Of a stretch of 64,000 bases of DNA, positions 56,984 to 64,000 are shown one piece after another (position 1 is the stretch's first letter; the number at the start of each line of letters is the position of its first letter). Position numbers and translations under genes: made by a program. The notes beneath the pieces are model-generated. The model ran no database searches. It had not been told where the DNA came from and saw only the letters and a program-made list of their open reading frames with translations. The stretch spans positions 28,219 through 92,218 of the forward strand of contig JAVKJW010000007.1 of assembly GCA_031458695.1 (NCBI GenBank), read 5' to 3'. The stretch is from Candidatus Thermofontivivens primus. Its GTDB lineage: Bacteria; Sysuimicrobiota; Sysuimicrobiia; Sysuimicrobiales; Thermofontiviventaceae.

Positions 56984-58356
56984 ACTTCGGCACCCTCCCT
57001 CCTTGCCGTCCTTACAGGGACAGAGACGATCACCTTGGTCCCCCGAAATGGAGCCGTTTCGAGACGGAACGTGCCACCCACAGCTTCGGCACGCTCCCGC
57101 ATGCTCTGGAGGCCAAACCTTGGCCAGGGGCTCGGAGGAAGGTGCTGGGGGTCAAAGCCTCTTCCGTTATCCTCGATGATGATCTGGACCTCCTCTGCTC
57201 CCTCGAGAAAGCGTACCTTGACGGCGGTGGCCTGGGCGTGCTTGCGGACGTTGGTTAGGGCCTCCTGCACAATGCGCAGGAGCTGCACCTCCACCTCCGG
57301 GGGAAACGGAAGAGACCCCGGCTCGCCCTCTATCTCCACGGCGATCCCATAAAGCTGTCTGTAGTGATAGAAGTACTCCTTGAGGACAGACATCAGGGTC
57401 CGATCCGGGCTCAGGGAGGTCCGCAACCCGAGGATTGCCTCCCGGATGTCGGCATACACCTCACGGGCCATGGACTCAAGCTGGGCGAGCTGGGATGAAG
57501 CTTCTTCTATCCGCCCCGCGTTGAGAAGCTCGCGGACCGCCTGGGCCTTGGTGTTCACGTACCCGAGAACCTGTGCCAGTCCATCGTGCATCTCCCTGGC
57601 GATGCGCTCACGTTCTTCCAGAATCGCCAGGCTCTGCACCTGGGCGTGGAGCCGGGCGTTCTCAATGGCGATCGCTGCCTGGTTGGCCAAGCTGCTCAGG
57701 ACTGTCTCCGCCTCCCGGTCAAAGCCATTCGGGCGGCGGCTCCCTGCCATGAGGATCCCTATCACCTTGGATCCAGTACACAGGGGGATGGCGAAAATCT
57801 CCTTCATCTCAGGAGCGGGAAACATTTTCCAAACGTCCGCATGGGGATCGGTGAACCTCAGAACCTGGCCGTCCCCCCCAAAGCAGGGGATCCATGAAGG
57901 TTCTATGGGAAGACGGACGTACGAAAGATTACGGGAATTGTCGACCAGAAGTCGCCAGGTGATCTCTTGGTGCTCATCAAGAAGCCCGAGAGCAGTGACG
58001 TCGCTGTTGAGAAGCCGGTGCGTGCTGACCACCACGGTCCGGATCACGTGATCCAGGTCCAGCTTGGCGGAAATCTCCGTGCCAATCTGGTAGAGGGCCT
58101 GGGTGAGCGCATTTCGAGCTGCCAGCTCCTTGTTGCGGGCAACGAGCTCTTCCTCCATGCGATCGATGATCCCAAAGACAAGGGAAGAAAATATGTGGGC
58201 CCCCACAAGCATGGCAAACAGGACCATCAGGCTAGAAGCCCAGACAGGAAGGTAGTGATCCACTGGAGAGCTGTGCCGGATATATTCAAAGATAGCAATG
58301 AACAGCGCCGGCCCCCAGGTTGTCAGGAGACGCAGGTTTCGCTTGTTCGTAAACAT
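56980..58356 (-). CDS. GAF-domain sensor histidine kinase (TM x2, GAF, HisKA_3, HATPase)
   Basis: N-terminal TM helices, a GAF-like region (the VTALGLLDE..AIPLCTGSKVIGILMAG region), H-box (REMHDGLAQVLG) and HATPase (EDNGRGF). The start is uncertain (58356 or 58395). Confidence 0.8.
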   Translation of the reverse strand: MFTNKRNLRLLTTWGPALFIAIFEYIRHSSPVDHYLPVWASSLMVLFAMLVGAHIFSSLVFGIIDRMEEELVARNKELAARNALTQALYQIGTEISAKLDLDHVIRTVVVSTHRLLNSDVTALGLLDEHQEITWRLLVDNSRNLSYVRLPIEPSWIPCFGGDGQVLRFTDPHADVWKMFPAPEMKEIFAIPLCTGSKVIGILMAGSRRPNGFDREAETVLSSLANQAAIAIENARLHAQVQSLAILEERERIAREMHDGLAQVLGYVNTKAQAVRELLNAGRIEEASSQLAQLESMAREVYADIREAILGLRTSLSPDRTLMSVLKEYFYHYRQLYGIAVEIEGEPGSLPFPPEVEVQLLRIVQEALTNVRKHAQATAVKVRFLEGAEEVQIIIEDNGRGFDPQHLPPSPWPRFGLQSMRERAEAVGGTFRLETAPFRGTKVIVSVPVRTARREGAEV

Positions 58357-58486
58357 ACACGGACAGAGGGTTCGGTTCTGCCTATATTGTGGCATGGATT
58401 CGCCCACCCGTCCATCCGCCCTTCGCCGGATGGGGCATCCGCTGGAGATCTGATGGTTTAACGAACCCCGGTATTTCAAGAGGGAC

Positions 58487-58517
58487 CCCCGGCAAAAGTC
58501 CAAGACTTTTGCCGGGG
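58487..58517. other. Near-perfect 13-bp stem hairpin (CCCGGCAAAAGTC-CAA-GACTTTTGCCGGG)
   Basis: Seen in sequence between the permease remnant and the kinase gene. Possible terminator or insulator. Confidence 0.35.
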
Positions 58518-58622
58518 TGCATAGGTCTCAGGGATCAGGCCTCGGTTGGCTACTCCCTGGGACCTGTGACCTTTCCCCTGGAACCCGTGTATGGCGTCTG
58601 CGGGCAAGGAGATCCCTGAGAC

Positions 58623-59101
58623 TCACGGGTTCCTTTTGGTGCTGTGCGGGTTTCCACCGGAAGATCCGCCGCTCCAGGCGTTCGAACGCCGCAAAGATCC
58701 CCAGCATGACCGCGACACGAGGACGATCAGGGCGATGGTCAGGGCAGCGTTGTAGGTGCTGTGGGCAAAGGAGAGCAGGTAACCCAACCCGCGGCTCGAC
58801 GCCACGAACTCACCCACGATGGCTCCGGTAAAAGCAAAGCCGGTAGCCCCCTTGAGACCTCCCAGTAGCCAGGCGGCCAAGGAGGGAATGGAAACCTCGC
58901 GGAGAAGATCAACCCTCCCTCCACCAAGTGCGCGAACCCGATCTATCAGCCGGGATCGATCTCCCGGATCCCGGAGTACACAGCAAAGAATATAAACCAC
59001 CGTCACCAGGAGGAAGCTGAGGGCGATCTTGGAAGCGATGCCGATCCCGAACCAGATTACGAACAGGGGTGCGAGGATGATCCTGGGCCCGGCGTTAAGT
59101 G
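58623..59101 (-). pseudogene. C-terminal remnant of an SsuC/TauC/NrtB-type ABC transporter permease, truncated by IS insertion
   Basis: The minus-strand translation (LNAGPRIILAPLFVIWFGIGIASKIALSFLLV...REVSIPSLAAWLLGGLKGATGFAFTGAIVGEF) is a BPD_transp_1 C-terminal half. The reading frame continues into the IS inverted repeat. No N-terminal half is present on either side. Confidence 0.6.
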
Positions 59102-60779
59102 GTTCTCGGTGAAAAATGGAGCCGGAAACCGGCATCAATTCATGATCGCATCTCCAATTCGCCGGCAAAATAGCAGGAGTTCCCATTCCCGTGGCGAATC
59201 GAACTGGTGTGTGCACAAGCACATCTATCCGAACCGCCAGGGAGGGAACTCCGATGCAAGTGATTCGCCATACACATTCAAACTCCTGCGGAGGGGTGAG
59301 AGGATGCTCCGCCTGAGGGATCCGCAGGAGTCGTTGTGGTACGAGATCCTTCCCCCTGAGGTGCGCACCCTCCCTGAGGACCTGGCCACTGTCGATTCCC
59401 TGTTGGATGATGAGCGGTTCTTTGCCCCCTTTCGGGAGCAGTTCTCTACATCGGTGGGCCGCCCAACGATTCCTGTGCAGACCTATATCCGGATGATGTA
59501 TTTGAAGCACAGCCGCAAGCTGAGCTACGAGACCCTGGTCAAGGAGGTCTCTAGTAGCATCGCCTGGCGTATCTTCTGCCGCATCCCCCTGGACAGGGAA
59601 GTGCCAGATCGATCGACCCTGATCAAGCTGACGCGCAGATTTGGACCTGAGGTCATAAAAGCATTGCTTGACCTGTTGGTTCAAAAGGGCATAGAGGAGA
59701 AGCTGATCCGGGGTCGCAAGGTACGGGTAGATGCCACCGTGGTCCAATCCCCCATCAAACATCCCACGGACATCGGGCTGCTTGCAGATGGCGTACGCAT
59801 GGTCACGCGGATTACAAAGCGCCTGCAGGAAGTAGGGGTGGCTGCGCAAACGAAGTTCCGGGATCGGACACGTACAATCAAGAAGGTGGTGCGGGCAGTA
59901 GGGTATGCGCTGCGAGGGAAGGCCAGGGAGGCTCGGGAAGCCCTCCGACAGCAGACTATGCGCGCACTGGACATCACCAAGCAGGTCGTCTACCAGGCCG
60001 AGCGCATCCTTCTGGAGAGCAGGGCCAGGGTAGAAAAGATACGGGGATGTGCTGCGGATGCGGGGAAGCAACTGTGGCAGGAACTGCACCATACTTTGAA
60101 CTTGGTCACCCGCGTCATGGCCCAGACGGTGCTCAGCCTGAAGGGGGTCCGGTCGATCCCTGACAGGATCGTTAGCCTGTTTGATCCCCAGAGCGAGGCC
60201 CATCTGCCGGGGCAAGGCCAACCGGAAGACAGAATTTGGCTACAAAGCGGTGCTCACCGAGACCGAGGAGCGGATCATCACCTATTTCGAGGTCTATCAA
60301 GGCAACCCCGCCGATAGCACCCTGCTCATTCCGGCATTTGAAGAGCATGTGCGGGTGATTGGGAAGGTCCCCTGGGCAGTGGCTACCGATCGCGGATTGA
60401 CCAGCAAGGCCAACGAGGCCTACCTGGAGGAACGGGCAGTCCAAAGGATCAGCCTTCCCTATCGAGGTCGTCGCAGCCCTCCCCGCAGGGACTACGAGTA
60501 CCAAAGGTGGTTCAGGAGGCTGCAGCGCTGGAGGGCAGGACAGGAAGCTACCATCAGCCTGGGAAGCCGCAAGTACGCGTGGCTGCACAGCCAGATGAGG
60601 GGACATGATGGTGCACGCATCCACTTCGGGTGGGGGATCTTCGCCTACGACATCAACCGGCTGGCTGCCCTCAGTAGGTCCGCAGCATAAAGGAAGGTGA
60701 TGGAGAGATCCCCTGCTCATCATAGAACCTGACCTGCCCACATACGGATTGTAAAAAATCGGACTTTTTCACCGAGAAC
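59102..60779 (+). mobile_element. IS5/IS1182-like insertion sequence (about 1.68 kb) with 15-bp terminal inverted repeats GTTCTCGGTGAAAAA
   Basis: Left inverted repeat at 59102-59116, right inverted repeat (reverse complement) at 60765-60779. Encodes a DDE transposase. No clean target-site duplication is visible. Confidence 0.7.
59304..60690 (+). CDS. IS5/IS1182-family DDE transposase, split by a +1/-1 frameshift near 60200-60230
   Basis: N-terminal part in frame 0 (DDE_Tnp_1-like: PTIPVQTYIRMMYLKH...VDATVVQSPIKHPTD) continues in another frame (GKANRKTEFGYKAVLTETEERIITYFEVYQGNPADS...ATDRGLTS), matching the conserved RKGKAxKxTEFGYK transposase motif. RBS GGAGGGG before the ATG at 59304. Confidence 0.7.
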
Positions 60780-60924
60780 TACTTTACCAAAACCTCCCTA
60801 CTGGTCCTCGACCCCTGAGGACTAAGCAGGGTCGAATTTTGTGCGCCAGCATGGGCGCTGGCTTGGAGGTGCAAGTCCTCTCTGGGGGTGGTCGCCCCTT
60901 CAGTAGCCTAAGGCAAGGGCGCCG

Positions 60925-60959
<35 letters not shown>

Positions 60960-61219
60960 AGGGGGAGGAGGGGTGAACCCTCCTCCCTACCCGATCCCTC
61001 GATTCAGTGTCAAACTACAGCCATACCTGGCGCTCTTCGGCAGGTAGGAGCTGCGACGGGCGGGTATGGGGCTGGAGTTCGCCAGGCCCGCCGAGTACCT
61101 GCTCGTGGCATCTGATGTCAGGATGATGATCCCCTCCCGGCGGGCCAGTAACTTGACACCCAGCAGGTGGCGGATTACGATGAAGTAGGTCAAAATAAAC
61201 GGACCAAGATGGAGGGGCC

Positions 61220-61450
61220 ATGACTAAGGTCATCAACGTCCATGAGGCAAAGGCGCACCTTTCAGAGATCCTCGAGCGGGTGCGCCGCGGAGAAGAGATC
61301 ATCCTGGGGAAGTACGGCAAACCGTATGCCAGGCTCATCCCCGTCCAGCGCGAACGCGTACCGCTGGGCTTTTTGAACATCAGGGTGCCGGAGAGCTTTT
61401 TTGAGCCGCTGCCGGAGGAAGAGCTGAAGGCATGGGAGGGAAGCCCGTGA
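61220..61450 (+). CDS. Phd/YefM-family type II antitoxin
   Basis: MTKVINVHEAKAHLSEILERVRRGEEIILGKYGKPYARLIP is the classic Phd/YefM N-terminus. Confidence 0.75.
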   Translation: MTKVINVHEAKAHLSEILERVRRGEEIILGKYGKPYARLIPVQRERVPLGFLNIRVPESFFEPLPEEELKAWEGSP

Positions 61451-61836
61451 CGAAACTCCTCCTGGACACCCATGCCCTGCTGTGGGCCCTCGGCGAGCCC
61501 GAGAAGCTGAGCGCACGCGCACGGGAGGCCGTCGAGGATCCTGCAAGTCTGCGTCTTGTCTCCAGCGCGTCGGCGTGGGAGATTGCGACCAAATACCGCT
61601 TGGGGCGACTTCCAGGGGCCGAGGTACTTCTCAGCGCGTATTCCCGGCACCTGCGAACTCTGCATGCGGTGGAACTGACCATCACCTCTGAACACGCCAT
61701 CCTTGCTGGGATGATTCGCCACGTGCATCGGGATCCGTTCGACCGTGTGCTGGCAGCCCAGGCCAGGATCGAAGGAGCCTATATCGTTTCGAGGGACGAA
61801 GTATTTGACGCCTTAGGGGCCCCGCGCCTGTGGTGA
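61447..61836 (+). CDS. PIN-domain VapC-type toxin
   Basis: LLLDTHALLWAL ... DPFDRVLAAQA: PIN acidic residues. GTG start overlaps the antitoxin stop. Confidence 0.75.
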   Translation: MTKLLLDTHALLWALGEPEKLSARAREAVEDPASLRLVSSASAWEIATKYRLGRLPGAEVLLSAYSRHLRTLHAVELTITSEHAILAGMIRHVHRDPFDRVLAAQARIEGAYIVSRDEVFDALGAPRLW

Positions 61837-61991
61837 GTCTCCGGCTTGCGACGGACAGGGGGTCTGAGCCTCCCCAGGGTTAGAGCGGGGGGTTGCAGGG
61901 GGAATCGTCGACTGCGCCCCGGCCGGGAGTTCTGCTAGTTCACCTGTCTGTCCCAGGCAAGGAAGGGCTGCCTGCCGCGTCGAGGAAACGC

Positions 61992-63001
61992 TCAGGTTGG
62001 CTGATCCTTCACCTTCGACCATTCCAGTCGGCGGCCACCCGCGCTTACCACCGCGATGGCAAAGCCGTCCTCGTCTCTGGTGACGAACCCCTCCTGCGGC
62101 TCCCTCTCTCGGCTCACTGGTGCCTTGAGCGCGACCGACTGAAGCACCTCCGGCCCCAGTTGCGCCAGCGACTCCACCGGCGCCCTGGCTTGGCCTAAGC
62201 GCCGGGCCAGGTCGAGCACGTCATCCGGCGATGGGAGCACGAGGGAGAAGTGCAGCAGTTGAACTGTGTTGGAGGGCGGCGGAGGCACGTCCTGACCGAT
62301 CCAAGTTCCGCATGTTGGCCCCATGTGATGGTGGTAGCCGCCCGCGGAAAAGAAAAGCGCGCCAGAGCCGAAGCGAAGCACCAGATCCAACCCCAAGGCC
62401 TCCCGGTAGAAGCGCTCGGCCCGTTCCAGGCGGGAGACGTGCAGGTGGATGTGACCGAGCCGCTAGGCATGCCGTTCAGCTTGGAGTCAGACCCAGCGTG
62501 ATCGTCGTGTATCCCCGGGCCTCGCTCTCCGGGCGGGAGTTCAGTCATGAGGCCATCCCAGTCGAGGGGCTCGGTGGTCATCAAGATCCTCTCGCCGCGC
62601 CGCGGCCACTGATCTCTCGGTCGGTCCGCGTACAGCTCGATGCCGTGGCCGTTGGGATCCGAAAGGTATATCGCCTCACTCACCCAGTGGTTGGCGGCGC
62701 CATCGATGGACCACCCCCTCCGGACAAGCCTTATAGCGGCGCGTGCTAGGTCTCTCCGTGTGGGAAGGCGTAGGGCCAAGTGGTACAACCCCCGGCAGTG
62801 CGCGGGTTTGGGGTGCGCCCCAGGCCAGTGGGTGAGTAGGACGAGCGGCACTGGCTGCGAACCTGCCGCACCGTCCTCCTGCACGCCCATGACGATGAAC
62901 CTTGGGGAGCGCCTCAGCATCCGCAGTCCCACGGCACTCTCGTAGAAAGCCGCTGAACGCTCCACGTCTGCCACGCTGAGGTGCACCCAGCCGAGTTCCA
63001 T
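61992..63001 (-). pseudogene. Two-domain VOC-family (extradiol dioxygenase/glyoxalase-like) gene interrupted by a frameshift
   Basis: Domain 1 is in the 62195-63085 frame (MELGWVHLSVADVERSAAFYESAVGL...HLALRL...SEAIYLSDPNGHGIELYADRP, with a typical inter-domain linker). Domain 2 is in a different frame (LGHIHLHVSRLERAERFYREALGLDLVLRFGSGALFFSAGGYHHHMG...). There is an in-frame TAG at 62463-62465. Confidence 0.55.
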
Positions 63002-63089
63002 GTCTGGATATATACAACGAGCCTCCTCTCCTCGTTGACGTTTCGTGAACACGCTGACGTTCACTATTATACTGTACTTTGGCAAAATT

Positions 63090-64000
63090 TCACGCTGCTT
63101 CGGCTAGGAAGCGCGTAAACATTGGTGGAACAGACTTATGGCGCAATGCTTGACGGATCACCTCCTTGAAGAACTGGTGCAGATGCCATTGGCGATGAGC
63201 AGCCAAGGCATCGCTGAGGGTACGATAGCCTCCTTTTTCCTTTCGAACCTGCAGGAAGGCCAGGGCCAGGAAGACCACTGCCCAGTATTTGGTGATGGCC
63301 TCCACCGAGCGGAGGCGGAAGTCCTCCAAGCCCAACCGGGTCTTCAAGTACAGGTAATCCACTTCACAGCCCCAGCGCAGCGCATAATAGGTCAGAATCT
63401 CCCGTGGACTGAGCGTGGGGTCTGTGCACAGGAGATACTTCGGGCGGCGATCCGCAGGTGACCGACGCGACTGGAGCACGGTGGCAAGCATAGGTACCCC
63501 ATTCAGATATCCTTGGAGGCACCGGGTGTAATAGGTTCGCTTGCCATCCGTAGCGCTGATCGTGACACGATCATAGTGCTGGTGCCGCAGGGTCTGCGCA
63601 AGGGCATGGAGGGGTTTCCCGTCAAGGCGACGGTTAGGCTTGAGATCGCAGATCACGTGCCAGCCCTGGTGCAGGCAAAACCGGATCAGCTTCTTAGAGG
63701 CATACCAACTATCGAAGACGATATAAATGCGGCAATCTGGGGGAAGCAAGGGTGCGATCTCAGCGAGCATCTCCCGTGCCAGGGAGAACTTGCTCCGGAA
63801 GTGCAACCGGGCATGAGGGGGGCGCTTGCGGTTCAGCCTGCGCACGGTGCGCTCCCGCAGGTAAGGACGCCAGTTGACCGTGTAGGCCTGGCCGGCGACG
63901 TGCACACGACAGGTGACGACAGGCAGTCCATAGGCGTAGCGCTGTCCTGTGGTTCCGACCCCGGCTGTGTGCTCCGTATGGTCCGCATGCCAGTCGACTG
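63090..64000 (-). CDS. IS701/IS4-like DDE transposase, partial (5' end beyond the window)
   Basis: The C-terminal transposase region (IYIVFDSWYASKKLIRF...YLLCTDPTLSPREILTYYALRWGCEVDY) is typical of IS701/IS4-type DDE transposases. Reverse translation stays open up to base 64000. Confidence 0.65.
   Translation of the reverse strand, partial: VDWHADHTEHTAGVGTTGQRYAYGLPVVTCRVHVAGQAYTVNWRPYLRERTVRRLNRKRPPHARLHFRSKFSLAREMLAEIAPLLPPDCRIYIVFDSWYASKKLIRFCLHQGWHVICDLKPNRRLDGKPLHALAQTLRHQHYDRVTISATDGKRTYYTRCLQGYLNGVPMLATVLQSRRSPADRRPKYLLCTDPTLSPREILTYYALRWGCEVDYLYLKTRLGLEDFRLRSVEAITKYWAVVFLALAFLQVRKEKGGYRTLSDALAAHRQWHLHQFFKEVIRQALRHKSVPPMFTRFLAEAA

Noticed and set aside
59102-60221. Upstream 1.1 kb of the 532-aa minus-strand ORF 58623-60221
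   Set aside because: Only the last about 480 nt (58623-59101) translate to an ABC-permease sequence. Everything upstream of the IS inverted repeat is antisense to the transposase and has junk composition.

Overview
This is a high-GC (about 65–70 %) bacterial chromosomal segment with thermophile-type content. It carries a branched-chain polyamine synthase (BpsA), a fused OtsA–OtsB trehalose-6-phosphate synthase/phosphatase, a coproheme decarboxylase (HemQ), RecD2 and MutY. All calls rest on reading the six-frame translations; no database search was possible. From left to right the window holds: (1) a GntR-family regulator (partial), panE, recD2 and mutY. (2) A candidate nitric-oxide/O2-stress regulon (about 6–9.7 kb): an NnrS-like membrane protein, DUF488, two hemerythrins, DUF1858, DUF2249 and a Crp/Fnr regulator, with a near-perfect class-II FNR-type box. 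(3) An MBL-fold hydrolase, otsAB and bpsA. (4) A CoA-dependent organic-acid catabolic cluster (16–26.5 kb): MaoC hydratase, MFS transporter, IclR regulator, FbpABC-type ABC transporter, family-III CoA transferase, a short citrate-synthase-fold lyase and an MmgE/PrpD protein. (5) A DUF433/DUF5615 toxin–antitoxin pair. (6) A compositionally distinct, lower-GC island (about 27.6–46.1 kb). It holds a second IclR, a PotABCD-like ABC system with an embedded AstE/AspA-family deacylase, a Dpp-like peptide ABC system (no ATPases) with a class-A beta-lactamase-like hydrolase and an M55 D-aminopeptidase, a PepSY/SHOCT secreted pair with Gly/Tyr/Met/Trp-rich tracts, and LivKHMGF. (7) The most unusual region (46.2–58.5 kb): a minus-strand cluster of four paralogous membrane-anchored CuA-motif cupredoxins plus one soluble type-1 cupredoxin. 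They are interleaved with an NrfC/NrfD-like quinol-interacting module that has no catalytic subunit, a NapH-like membrane polyferredoxin and two LuxR/NarL-type two-component systems. This is my candidate for a previously undescribed copper-based periplasmic electron-transfer system. (8) A mobile region (58.6–64 kb): an IS5/IS1182-like element with a frameshifted transposase inserted into an ABC-permease remnant, a hairpin-dense non-coding stretch, a Phd/VapC pair, a frameshifted VOC dioxygenase-like gene and a partial IS701/IS4-like transposase at the window edge. No rRNA, tRNA or CRISPR array was recognised.
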